NCBI GenBank assembly: GCA_963798485.1
Contig: CAWCTR010000030.1
Span: 1-64,000 of the forward strand
Length of the DNA: 64,000 bases
Reading direction: 5' to 3'
From: an uncultured delta proteobacterium
GTDB lineage: Bacteria; Desulfobacterota; Desulfomonilia; UBA1062
Shown: piece by piece, positions 1 through 9,221 of the stretch
How positions within the stretch are numbered: position 1 is the first letter of the stretch
Layout of the letters: each line of letters starts with the position of its first letter
Position numbers and translations under genes: made by a program
The notes under the pieces: generated by a model
What the model saw: the letters and a program-made list of their open reading frames with translations, nothing else
What the model was told of the DNA's origin: nothing
Databases searched by the model: none

Positions 1-193
1 GACCCTTCAGAACCAGATTTTCGACAACCCGAAAAGCATCACCCACGAATTCATGAGATCGTTCATAGGCACATTTTTGAAGCTTCCGTCCGTCAAGAAA
101 ACCCTCATGAGTGATACGTTCCGCTCGTCATTCCTGGGCTTCATGAAAATAGGTGCCGGATTGCAGGGCAAGGGGTGGATAACGAGGCTGTGA
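1..193 (+). CDS. 3' end of a CDS truncated by the window edge, possibly a 4Fe-4S dicluster protein
   Basis: Frame 2 is open from the edge: TLQNQIFDNPKSITHEFMRSFIGTFLKLPSVKKTLMSDTFRSSFLGFMKIGAGLQGKGWITRL, then TGA at 191-193. The family is recalled from similar C-termini and not verified. Confidence 0.55.
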   Translation, partial: TLQNQIFDNPKSITHEFMRSFIGTFLKLPSVKKTLMSDTFRSSFLGFMKIGAGLQGKGWITRL

Positions 194-248
194 GGCGGGA
201 AGCGCCTATTTTTCCATATATACATCTCATCTTTAAGGAGGAATTGAT

Positions 249-983
249 ATGAGGAGAGTTTTCAAGCCGGCATTATTTCTTTGTGTGTTTTTCATCGTGC
301 CCCTCATTGTGCACGCCGAGGATTTCATGACCCAGGGCAATGCCCTCTTCGACAGAGGGAAGACAAACCTGGAGAGCTATAAAGAGTCGGGTGGCATGTT
401 CGTAAAGGCCCTGGAGGCAAACCCGAACAGCTATGAGGCGGCATGGAAGGCGGCCCGCTCGTACCGGTATTATGCCGATGAATCCAAGAAAAAGAACACG
501 CAGAACTGGAAAGCGGTCTGCAAGGAGTACGGGAAGCTCGGCATGAAATATGGTGAAAAGGCCATTGCCCTGAATCAGAACGGTGTGGAGGGCAATACCT
601 GGTACGGGTTCTCGGTGGCGAGCTATTCCGATAGCGTGAGCGTGCTCACGGCTCTCAGGGAGGGGTTGAAGAACAAGACCCAGAACAGTTTCGAAAAGGC
701 GTACAAGGTGAACAAGCTGTACAATGACGGCGGGCCCATAAAGGCACTGGGCCGATTCTGGTTCGTCCTGCCCTGGCCGCTCCAGGACAAGAAACTGTCG
801 CTCAGCTACCTGAGGGAATACCAGAAGACCTTTCCCGACGACCCCGAAGGCCAGGTATACCTGTGTGAAACGCTCTTGAAGACCGGCGGTAAGGATGAGG
901 CAAAGACGATCCTCCAGAAGGCATCGGCTTCCGGTGACCGGTACTATGCCGACTGGGCGAAGAGGCTTCTTGCTGATATGTAA
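249..983 (+). CDS. Secreted TPR-like alpha-helical repeat protein
   Basis: Strong SD (AAGGAGG), signal peptide ending VHA, helical-repeat motifs (ALEANPNSYEAAWKAAR, GEKAIALN). Confidence 0.7.
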   Translation: MRRVFKPALFLCVFFIVPLIVHAEDFMTQGNALFDRGKTNLESYKESGGMFVKALEANPNSYEAAWKAARSYRYYADESKKKNTQNWKAVCKEYGKLGMKYGEKAIALNQNGVEGNTWYGFSVASYSDSVSVLTALREGLKNKTQNSFEKAYKVNKLYNDGGPIKALGRFWFVLPWPLQDKKLSLSYLREYQKTFPDDPEGQVYLCETLLKTGGKDEAKTILQKASASGDRYYADWAKRLLADM

Positions 984-1165
984 GGGACGCCCGGTCAGCC
1001 GGAATCCTCGTTTCAAGCCCGTGCTTATGGGCATGGGCTGATGTCGTATCCGGCTCCTCGGGTAGGTCTCGGTCACTACGATCGAAACTTCCTGTTTCTT
1101 CCTGCGTGACCTCCCCTAGGCCCCCTGCCGTGGCACATCCTGGAGGGGAAGTGGGTTCAGAGACG
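984..1165. ncRNA. Candidate structured non-coding RNA (multi-hairpin, AGGA/UCCU-rich)
   Basis: Nested stems: AGCCGGA 997-1003/1049-1055, 1016-1039, GTCTC 1066-1070/1160-1164, GGTCAC 1071-1076/1106-1111, GAAAC 1084-1088/1094-1098, TCCCCT 1112-1117/1144-1149. Confidence 0.4.
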
Positions 1166-1337
1166 ATTTTCAAATACCGGTGATTTCTGCGGAGATCTCA
1201 GCAAGCTCCATTTACTTTTTTTGACTCTGATCAACTAAGTGCTTGTCCGGAATAATCACCCCTTGCATTGAATGGAAATTTTCAGGGAAATCCACCCTTG
1301 CCTTTTGAGGTGGTATATGTGAACTTAAATAATTCAC

Positions 1338-3020
1338 ATGAACATGACAGAGAAACCATTAATAGTACAGAGCGATGGGAGCATCCTGCTGGAGGTGCTC
1401 TCGGGAATCTATGAAGAGGCACGGGATGCCATCCTGCCCTTTGCCGAGCTCATCAAGTCGCCCGAGTATGTACATACCTACCGGGTCACTTCACTTTCCC
1501 TGTGGAATGCCTCTGCTATCGGTATCACCCATGAGCAGGTTTTGGGAAGCCTCAAGAGGTACACCCGCTATGATATCCCGCATACCGTGTTGCACCGCAT
1601 CCAAGAGGCGTTCGAGCGCTGGGACGCTGTGCGGCTCTTACGGCACGACGAGAGCACACTCATTGTCCAAGTGAGATCAGAGGCCCTCCTGGAGCAGATC
1701 TGCGCCAAACAGGAGATCGCAAAGATCATCCTGGAATGGATCCCTCCCAAGGGCTTCATCATCCCTTCCGGTATACGCGGCAGGTTCAAGCACATGCTTA
1801 TCAAGATGGGTTATCCGGTGCATGATCTCGTGGGGTATGACAAGGGGGATGACCTCGGCATTACGCTGCGCGACGAATTGATTTCAGGCCATACATTCAG
1901 GCTGAGACCCTATCAGGTGGAGGCATCGGACAATTTTTGGGCAGGCGGAAGCCCACAGGGAGGCCAGGGCATTGTGGTTCTCCCGTGCGGGGCAGGCAAG
2001 ACCATCGTGGGTATGGGGGTGATGGCGAAGATCAAGACGCATACCCTTATCCTGTGCACCAATGTATCGGCAGTGCACCAGTGGATCAGCGAACTCCTGG
2101 ACAAGACAACCCTGACAAAAGAGGAGATCGGCGAGTACACCGGCGGCAAGAAAGAGATCAAACCGGTGACCGTAACCACCTACCAGATGCTCACCTACCG
2201 GAAGACCAAGGACGGCCCGTTCGAGCATATGAACCTCATGATGGCGCGCAACTGGGGGCTTATCATCTATGATGAGGTACATGTCGTCCCTGCGCCTGTT
2301 TTCCGGGCCACCACCGAACTGCAGGCCAAGAGGAGGCTCGGGCTAACCGCCACCCTCATAAGGGAGGACGGCCTGGAATCGGACACATTCTCACTTGTAG
2401 GGCCCAAGTGCTATGACGTGCCCTGGAAAGAATTGGAGCAAAAGGGCTTTATAGCAGAGGCCGTCTGCTGCGAGGTGAGGGTGCCGTTGCCTTTGGAAAA
2501 GGGGCCCGAGTATGTGCATGCATCCGACAAGGTACAGTTCAGGATCGCATCCGAGAATACCTTCAAAGAGCATGTAGTGAAGGATATCATCAAGAAGCAC
2601 CCTGATGAGCCGGTCCTCATCATCGGCCAGTATATCAGCCAGCTCAAGAGGCTCTCAGCCGCACTGAAGGCGCCCATGATCACCGGCGCCACACCAAATG
2701 CGCGCAGGGATGTCCTCTATGATTCCTTCAGACAAGGCGAGATCCCGGTGCTTGTGGTGTCCAAGGTGGCCAACTTCGCCATCGACCTGCCCGATGCATC
2801 GGTGGCCATCCAGGTCTCGGGCACCTTCGGCTCCCGTCAGGAGGAGGCCCAGAGGCTCGGCAGGATCTTACGGCCCAAGGAGAGGATCTCCACATTCTAT
2901 ACCCTGGTGACCAAAGAGACATCTGAAGAGATCTTCGCACATAAGAGGCAGGTATTTCTGGCTGAGCAGGGATACCGTTACCGGATTGAGGAGTGGTCTA
3001 TTGATGACATCAACGCATGA
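1338..3020 (+). CDS. xpb: XPB/Ssl2/Rad25-family SF2 DNA helicase
   Basis: N-terminal XPB domain (PLIVQSDGSILLE, FAELIKSPEYVHTYRVT), Walker A LPCGAGKT, DEVH, LGLTATLIRED, QRLGRILR. Confidence 0.93.
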   Translation: MNMTEKPLIVQSDGSILLEVLSGIYEEARDAILPFAELIKSPEYVHTYRVTSLSLWNASAIGITHEQVLGSLKRYTRYDIPHTVLHRIQEAFERWDAVRLLRHDESTLIVQVRSEALLEQICAKQEIAKIILEWIPPKGFIIPSGIRGRFKHMLIKMGYPVHDLVGYDKGDDLGITLRDELISGHTFRLRPYQVEASDNFWAGGSPQGGQGIVVLPCGAGKTIVGMGVMAKIKTHTLILCTNVSAVHQWISELLDKTTLTKEEIGEYTGGKKEIKPVTVTTYQMLTYRKTKDGPFEHMNLMMARNWGLIIYDEVHVVPAPVFRATTELQAKRRLGLTATLIREDGLESDTFSLVGPKCYDVPWKELEQKGFIAEAVCCEVRVPLPLEKGPEYVHASDKVQFRIASENTFKEHVVKDIIKKHPDEPVLIIGQYISQLKRLSAALKAPMITGATPNARRDVLYDSFRQGEIPVLVVSKVANFAIDLPDASVAIQVSGTFGSRQEEAQRLGRILRPKERISTFYTLVTKETSEEIFAHKRQVFLAEQGYRYRIEEWSIDDINA

Positions 3021-4755
3021 CCTTATCGCCAGCATCCCCGGCTATATGATCGGTATTATCTCCACAAAGATACTCGGCGCCCCTGCCGACCCTAGGGCGC
3101 TGGCAGAGGGGCTGGCCGATACGGAACGGCTTGAGAAGATCCTGGGCGAACTGCCTGAAAGGCAGCGCGACATGCTGATGGACCTCCATGAGCTTGGTGA
3201 CAATGTCGCATGGGACGTGCTTGGGAGGATTTATGGCAAGGCGCTTGATGAACTGAGATCAGACCTTGAGGAACTGGGTATCCGTGGTCTGGTGTTTCAG
3301 GGTGGGCTCACCGGCAGAGACCCGGTGATCCTGCTGCCGTCATTGGGTTCGTTGATCGAGACTATGAAGATGCAGTACTTCGCCGGGGTCGGTGAGGTTG
3401 CCTGGAATAAGCCCGGAAAGCAGAGCCTATGGGCCCATATCACCATGATAAATGCCTTGCATGTCGGCAAAATCCGGTGCAAGGCAGGCCTCGAGCCCTT
3501 CAAAAAGGGATGGGAATATCTTGAAGAGAAGCTTTCTGCAGTGATCGACGTGAAGAAGATCTTTGGCGAGCTCGTTGAGCTCGGCTGCCTGAAAGAGAAG
3601 GGCGGCACGGTAACCCCTGTCCAAAGGTCCATTACGGGCCTCGCCCTTGAGGGCGACTCGCGTTACAACCTCTGGCGGTTCTGCCAGTCATGCAAACCCT
3701 ATCCGGGGCTCGACTATCAGGTATATGTAACCCTTGGAGACCACGGCATCAGGAAAGATTATCTGGCCAGATCCTTAAGCCTGTGGATTGTCGGCAGGGA
3801 TGAGATAATAGAGAATGCCCAATCGGAAGTGGATGCCCTCATGCGTCTCTGGCTTGATCTCGGGGTGCTCCAGGAGGATGTAACAGTATCCTGGCTCCGT
3901 CTGACGGATGTGGCACTGCGGGCATTGAAGACCGGCAAGACCGATGAGCCGGTACACCCATATTCCGAAGAGGCAATCATACAGCCCACCATGGAGATCC
4001 TTGTACCCGGCGACTTCGATACAATGGACCTGCTCAACATAGGGGAGATCGCAGACCTCATCCAGGCGGATGTTGTAAGCATCTACCGGATCACCAGGGA
4101 GTCGGTGTTCAGGGGGTTGAAGGAAGGGTGGAACGTTGAGAAGATCCTCAATTTCCTCGACAGGATCTCCCGGCACGCACTGCCTGAGAATGTCCGGATA
4201 AACATCTCCGGGTGGTCCGGTGCCCATAGAGAGGCACATATCATCAAGGGCACGTTTCTGGTGCTCAGCGGGGAAAAGACAACCATTCCCAAAGGGCTTG
4301 AAGAGGTCCTCCCCGGGATCTTCCGCATCCCTGAGCGGTGCGAGGAGGAGATGGCATCGTTATTGGAGAAGAAAGGGGTCATGGTCAGGAGCGCCGATGC
4401 ACTACGGGAAGGAGACAATGACATCGACTGGGGCAAGCCGCTGCCTTTGAGGCCGCCACAACGGCCTTACATGAGGGCTTCCCATAAGGAAGGGGTATAT
4501 CCCTTCGGAATGGTTATGCCTCTGCCATACGGACCGAGGAGGGAGATCCTCTTTGAAGATGCGCTTCATCAGAGCAGGGCCATGATTATCTTTTATCCCA
4601 GACAGGGCTACGGCGAGATTCAGGCCAGGAAGATCAGCCCGTTGAACATATTCCGCAGGGGCGGGATGCCTTTTATGGAGGCCTTCTGCGAAGACACAGG
4701 CGAGGGTGAGGTCTTTGACATCAGCAAGGTAAGGGCCATATTCCGGGATCACTGA
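3004..4755 (+). CDS. Helicase-associated (XPB N-terminal-like, Helicase_C_3) protein with C-terminal WYL-like domain
   Basis: Overlaps the xpb stop. IIQPTMEILVP...YRITRESVFRGLKEG...LPENVRINISGW, and C-terminal RKISPLNI...MEAFCEDTGEGEVFDISKV. Confidence 0.8.
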   Translation: MTSTHDLIASIPGYMIGIISTKILGAPADPRALAEGLADTERLEKILGELPERQRDMLMDLHELGDNVAWDVLGRIYGKALDELRSDLEELGIRGLVFQGGLTGRDPVILLPSLGSLIETMKMQYFAGVGEVAWNKPGKQSLWAHITMINALHVGKIRCKAGLEPFKKGWEYLEEKLSAVIDVKKIFGELVELGCLKEKGGTVTPVQRSITGLALEGDSRYNLWRFCQSCKPYPGLDYQVYVTLGDHGIRKDYLARSLSLWIVGRDEIIENAQSEVDALMRLWLDLGVLQEDVTVSWLRLTDVALRALKTGKTDEPVHPYSEEAIIQPTMEILVPGDFDTMDLLNIGEIADLIQADVVSIYRITRESVFRGLKEGWNVEKILNFLDRISRHALPENVRINISGWSGAHREAHIIKGTFLVLSGEKTTIPKGLEEVLPGIFRIPERCEEEMASLLEKKGVMVRSADALREGDNDIDWGKPLPLRPPQRPYMRASHKEGVYPFGMVMPLPYGPRREILFEDALHQSRAMIIFYPRQGYGEIQARKISPLNIFRRGGMPFMEAFCEDTGEGEVFDISKVRAIFRDH

Positions 4756-4804
4756 GCGTTACCTGCCCATTGAAGGGTATATGCCGTGCCCTTACAAAAT
4801 CGCA

Positions 4805-6121
4805 TTAATCCATGTTTTGCTTTTGTGTCTTGATCATGTCCTTCATCATCTTGAGCTCGGCTAGGGTTTCTTTGGGGAGGTCCTTGGTCTTCAGGGCCTC
4901 ATCGATGTGGTAGAGGCAGGCCTTGGGGTTCTCGGTCTTGAAGAAGTAACGGGCAAAGGATACGTGGGCAAGTGCGGTTTTCTTTGTCTTTTCGTAAAGG
5001 GTCCCCAGCGTATAATCCACACGGACGCTTTGGGACTGTAAGGGCAGGAGGGTCTTGATGGCATCGTCAAACTCGCCCCTGTTCTGGAAGATCTCGGCCA
5101 AGGCAACCGTGCTTACGTCCGATTTGGCATATTCTTTCAATAAGGGATAGGCCTCGGCATTTTTCCCGAGTGTATAGAGGTTGAGGCCGCGGTATTCATG
5201 GGCAAGGGGCAGATCAACATCCTGGAGCAACTTGAGCGCCTGGGAATTATTCCCGAGCCGGGTCTGAATCAGGCCGAGCGCAAGCGACTTGTACGGTTCC
5301 GGGATGTGGTTCGAACGGGTATTGACCTCGTCCTCTGTCAGGTACAGGCCCGCTACGCTCGCATAGAGCATCCAATAATTATTATTTGGGACCGGCTTTC
5401 CCGAATCTTCCTTCATATTCATGATCCGGTTTTCCGTATACGGGTGGGTGAGGAGGTATTCAGGGATATCCATAGATCCGAAAAATGTGCGGAGCCTGAT
5501 GAGAAATCGCGACATTCCCGATGGGTCCACGCCCGAAGCAATGTTGATCTCCTTGCTGAAATTGTCTGCAGCGTATTCATGTTCTCTGGAATAAGCAAGC
5601 CTGACATTCTCGCTGCCCCCCACCGACGAGAGCACCATCGCTGCGCCTGCCTCGGGGTTCTTTGTCGACAGGAGGGTGCCTGCGAGCACACCGAGGATAG
5701 TGGCTGCGGTTATCTTTTTCTGGGATTCAACATCTTTGGAATAATGCCGTAACTGGCAGTGACCCATTTCGTGGCCGATAACCGCTGAGAGTTCATCCAG
5801 GTCCTGGATGAAGAGCAGCAGGCCCAGGTTTATGAATATATCCCCGTCAGGAATGCTGAAGGCGTTCACCGAACGGTCTTTAATGACATATACCTTAAAT
5901 GTATAGATCGGTTCCTTTATATGATCGGCCAGGCGGTCCGAAATCTGCTGGACGGTCCAGGTGATGGCCTGATCGTGGATGATGAGGTTGTTGGCCTCCA
6001 GCAGATTGACAAAGTCGCGTGCTGTTTTCTTTTCATCCCCATAGCCTATGGCATGAGCCATGTTCAGCGGGACCGCCATGAAGATCAGAAGGGCGATCAA
6101 GATTCTTTTCATAATAGGCAT
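4805..6121 (-). CDS. M48 family zinc metallopeptidase with TPRs (BepA/YfgC-like)
   Basis: Signal peptide, VNAFSIPDG, HEMGH zinc motif, YSREHEYAAD, YLLTHP, C-terminal TPRs. Confidence 0.9.
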   Translation of the reverse strand: MPIMKRILIALLIFMAVPLNMAHAIGYGDEKKTARDFVNLLEANNLIIHDQAITWTVQQISDRLADHIKEPIYTFKVYVIKDRSVNAFSIPDGDIFINLGLLLFIQDLDELSAVIGHEMGHCQLRHYSKDVESQKKITAATILGVLAGTLLSTKNPEAGAAMVLSSVGGSENVRLAYSREHEYAADNFSKEINIASGVDPSGMSRFLIRLRTFFGSMDIPEYLLTHPYTENRIMNMKEDSGKPVPNNNYWMLYASVAGLYLTEDEVNTRSNHIPEPYKSLALGLIQTRLGNNSQALKLLQDVDLPLAHEYRGLNLYTLGKNAEAYPLLKEYAKSDVSTVALAEIFQNRGEFDDAIKTLLPLQSQSVRVDYTLGTLYEKTKKTALAHVSFARYFFKTENPKACLYHIDEALKTKDLPKETLAELKMMKDMIKTQKQNMD

Positions 6122-6220
6122 CCAATATTCCCTTGAAGTATGGTTTTCAAGGACTTCTTTCCAGGCTGTCCAACGAATTCCTTCACACCTGGAAACCTTG
6201 ATTACAATTGAGTAATTCCC

Positions 6221-6305
6221 TGTACGAAACTGTACGTCAAGATTGCACCCTAAACTTTTTAACTCATTGAATATAAATAATAAATAACCTTGGTCTGCAT
6301 ATTGC
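6221..6305 (+). promoter_or_regulatory. Sigma54 promoter with IHF-like site and putative enhancer repeats
   Basis: TGGTCTGCATATTGC at 6291-6305 (GG-N10-GC). IHF-like ATTCAATGAGTTA on the minus strand at 6260-6272. TGTACG direct repeat at 6221-6236. Confidence 0.7.
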
Positions 6306-6346
6306 CTGCAGTAGTCTCAGCAATGGAACTACTGGAGGTAGCCCCT

Positions 6347-9148
6347 ATGAGACATATTCGAAACAGCCTAGTTCTGATAATAGCATTGCTGACACTTCTT
6401 CCAGATACAGGTATCGCCTCTTCGATACAAGTTACCTGGAATGCAGATACAGACTCAGACCTCGCCGGTTACAAGGTATACTGGGGTACTGCGTCAAACA
6501 CCTACGGCACGCCGACCAGTGTTACAAGCGGGACCAGTTACGACATCACCAGCGTGCAAGCCGGGACTACCTACTATGTGGCAGTGAGCGCCTACGATAC
6601 ATCAGGGAATGAATCTGCAAAATCCACACAACAGAGCGTAACCGTCCCTGCTGCGGATACCACACCCCCCACGGGGACTGTAACAATCAACTCCGGCGCC
6701 ACTTCTACCACCTCCACTGCAGTGACGCTTACCTTGTCTGCAACCGATAACAGCGGTACTGTTACAGGGATGGAGTTCAGTAACGATGGGTCTACCTGGT
6801 CCAGTCAAGTCGCCTACGCCACCAGCTATCCTTGGACGCTCAGCAGTGGTTATGGTGCCAAGACCGTATATGCCAAATTCGTGGATCCCTCCGGGAACTG
6901 GTCGTCAGTAGTTACCGATACCATCAATCTTGTGGATACAACCCCCCCTACAGGGACTGTAACAATCAATTCCGGCGCCACTTCTACCACCTCCACTGCA
7001 GTGACGCTTACCTTGTCTGCAACCGATAACAGCGGTACTGTTACAGGGATGGAGTTCAGTAACGATGGGTCTACCTGGTCCAGTCAAGTCGCCTACGCCA
7101 CCAGCTACCCTTGGACGCTCAGCAGTGGTTCCGGCAGCAAGACCGTATATGCCAAATTCGTGGATCCCTCCGGGAACTGGTCGTCAGTAATTACCGATAC
7201 CATCAATCTTGTGGACACAACCCCACCCACAGGGAGTGTGTTTATCAACGGCGGTGCATCAACAACCACGTCCGCCTCAGTGACGCTGACCTTGAGCGCA
7301 AGCGATGCAGCCGGTACAGTGACTAACATGAAGATCAGCAATGATGGTACTACATATTCTACAGTCGCATATGCTACTAGTTACCCATGGCCACTCACCA
7401 GTGGTTATGGCTCCAAGACGGTCTACGCCCTTTTCGGGGACAACTCAGGCAATTGGATGACCTCTCCGGCGGTTGCCAACATCAATTATGTCAACCCCTT
7501 GCCGGTTGCCAATGCAGGGACCAATCAGACATTGAATCCCCAGGATGTGATTCTTGACGGTTCTGCCTCCTACGACCCGGGTGGTCAGACCCTTCAGTAC
7601 CTCTGGACACAGGTGGGCACCTCCCCCACCACGGTCACGATCAATACCCCGACATCGCAGAAGGCGGACTTTGTAGGGATAAAGGCAGGTACGTACCAGT
7701 TCAAACTGACCTGCACCAATTCGGCAGGCTCATCTTCTGCCACGGTGAATGTGACGATCAATAATGTCGCCCCGACCGTGAATGCCGGCAGCAATGTGAC
7801 AATCAACGCCGGGACTCAGATTACCCTCCATGCAACCGGCGCGGACTCGAACCAGGATTCTCTCACCTACACATGGAGCAAGGTATCCGGTCCGAGCGTG
7901 ACATTACCGAGCTTGACGCTGCAGGACATCACCTTTACCCCGGCAACAGCCGGTATGTATACCTTCTCCGTAACCTGCTCCGACGGTGTTAATACCAGTG
8001 CTGCATCTCAGGTCATCGTAACGGCCAATGCCGTCAACCATGCACCTACTGCCAATGCAGGTGTGGAACAAGATGTAAATAAGGGCGTCACTGTGACCCT
8101 GGACGGCACTGGCTCTTCAGATCCTGACGGCGATACCCTGACCTATTCCTGGACCCAGGCATCATCCGACCCGGTGCAGGTGACACTCAGCGGCGCCGGC
8201 ACTGCAAAACCCACGTTCGTGGCGAGTACGGTCGGCACCTTCAATTTCAATCTCATTGTTAATGACGGCAAAATCAATTCAACGTCTTCCAGTGTAGTTG
8301 TCAAGGTAGTATATCTGAATCATGCGCCTGTTGCCAATGCAGGCTCGGATGTGAGCACCGATGTGGGTTTCGACGTTGTACTCGACGCATCCGGCTCCTA
8401 TGATCCTGATCTCGACGGGCTCACCTTCACATGGACCCAGGTCTCCGGAGCCTCGGTGGTGATCCAGAACGCGGATACGATGAACCAGGCGTTCTTTACG
8501 CCAACGACCCCCGGCGTCTACGTGTTCATGGTTACCGTTTCGGATGGGCAGATATCATCTACAGACACCATGACCGTGACCGTGAGCAACCTGCCTGTTG
8601 CCAATGCCGGCAGCAGCATCGTGGCCACTGTCGGCCAGACAGTCACCCTTGACGGTAGCGCCAGCTATGACTCGAATGGAAAGACCATCTCCTACATCTG
8701 GGCACAGACCAGCGGCACTCAGGTGTCCCTGAGCAATTCCAACACCGTAAAGCCGTCCTTTACGTCAAGCCTGGCAGGCGTGTATGTGTTCCAATTGAAG
8801 GTCTATGACGGCATTGGCACCAGCGCAGCTTCGAGTGTGACTGTGACGATCCAGTCCGCAGCCAATCAGATCACCCTGGTCTCTCCGGTCAATGGCACAT
8901 CATGCTCCACAAGTCCGAAACTCACCTGGGCGGGCAGCGGGTTCAAGAGCTATACAGCCTATATTTCCATCAATGGCGGCAATAAGTACACCAAGGCCTA
9001 TTCGGGCAGCTCCACCTCCACCACCCTGACCGCGGTCTTATGGCAGTGGTTCATCCCTTCAGGGACTACCGTGACCTGGTATGTGCAGGGGACCACTTCC
9101 AGCGGCACGACCGTGAAGAGCTCGACCAGTACGTTCAAAAAGAAATGA
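6347..9148 (+). CDS. Secreted Ser/Thr-rich protein with FN3, three Ig-like repeats and PKD/REJ (K319L-like) repeats
   Basis: SD GGAGG before ATG 6347, signal peptide, FN3 (DLAGYKVYWG...YYVAVSAYD), DTTPPTG repeats, five PxANAG...LDGSxSxDP-type PKD modules. Confidence 0.88.
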   Translation: MRHIRNSLVLIIALLTLLPDTGIASSIQVTWNADTDSDLAGYKVYWGTASNTYGTPTSVTSGTSYDITSVQAGTTYYVAVSAYDTSGNESAKSTQQSVTVPAADTTPPTGTVTINSGATSTTSTAVTLTLSATDNSGTVTGMEFSNDGSTWSSQVAYATSYPWTLSSGYGAKTVYAKFVDPSGNWSSVVTDTINLVDTTPPTGTVTINSGATSTTSTAVTLTLSATDNSGTVTGMEFSNDGSTWSSQVAYATSYPWTLSSGSGSKTVYAKFVDPSGNWSSVITDTINLVDTTPPTGSVFINGGASTTTSASVTLTLSASDAAGTVTNMKISNDGTTYSTVAYATSYPWPLTSGYGSKTVYALFGDNSGNWMTSPAVANINYVNPLPVANAGTNQTLNPQDVILDGSASYDPGGQTLQYLWTQVGTSPTTVTINTPTSQKADFVGIKAGTYQFKLTCTNSAGSSSATVNVTINNVAPTVNAGSNVTINAGTQITLHATGADSNQDSLTYTWSKVSGPSVTLPSLTLQDITFTPATAGMYTFSVTCSDGVNTSAASQVIVTANAVNHAPTANAGVEQDVNKGVTVTLDGTGSSDPDGDTLTYSWTQASSDPVQVTLSGAGTAKPTFVASTVGTFNFNLIVNDGKINSTSSSVVVKVVYLNHAPVANAGSDVSTDVGFDVVLDASGSYDPDLDGLTFTWTQVSGASVVIQNADTMNQAFFTPTTPGVYVFMVTVSDGQISSTDTMTVTVSNLPVANAGSSIVATVGQTVTLDGSASYDSNGKTISYIWAQTSGTQVSLSNSNTVKPSFTSSLAGVYVFQLKVYDGIGTSAASSVTVTIQSAANQITLVSPVNGTSCSTSPKLTWAGSGFKSYTAYISINGGNKYTKAYSGSSTSTTLTAVLWQWFIPSGTTVTWYVQGTTSSGTTVKSSTSTFKKK
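6656..7213 (+). repeat. Near-identical in-frame tandem duplication, 2 x 279 bp (93 aa), with a diverged third copy from 7214
   Basis: Units start at GAT 6656 and 6935; the nucleotide sequences are almost identical. Confidence 0.95.
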
Positions 9149-9175
9149 GGATGCCTGTGGTTGACCCCCACATGG

Positions 9176-9207
9176 AAGGGGATGGGCATTTGCCCATCCC
9201 CTTTTTT
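9176..9207 (+). terminator. Rho-independent terminator between convergent genes
   Basis: AAGGGGATGGGCA-TT-TGCCCATCCCCTT followed by a T tract. Confidence 0.88.
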
Positions 9208-9221
9208 ATGCATTATTCTCT

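Noticed and set aside
984-1165. 6S, SRP, tmRNA, RNase P or cobalamin/SAM riboswitch identity for the structured region
   Set aside because: The diagnostic conserved motifs of these families were not found on either strand.
273-1173. Minus-strand ORFs of 267 aa and 123 aa
   Set aside because: Antisense shadows of the TPR gene and the structured intergenic region, with no recognisable motifs.
6656-7213. DGR template/variable repeat pair
   Set aside because: The copies are tandem and in frame, the differences are not adenine-specific, and no reverse transcriptase is present.
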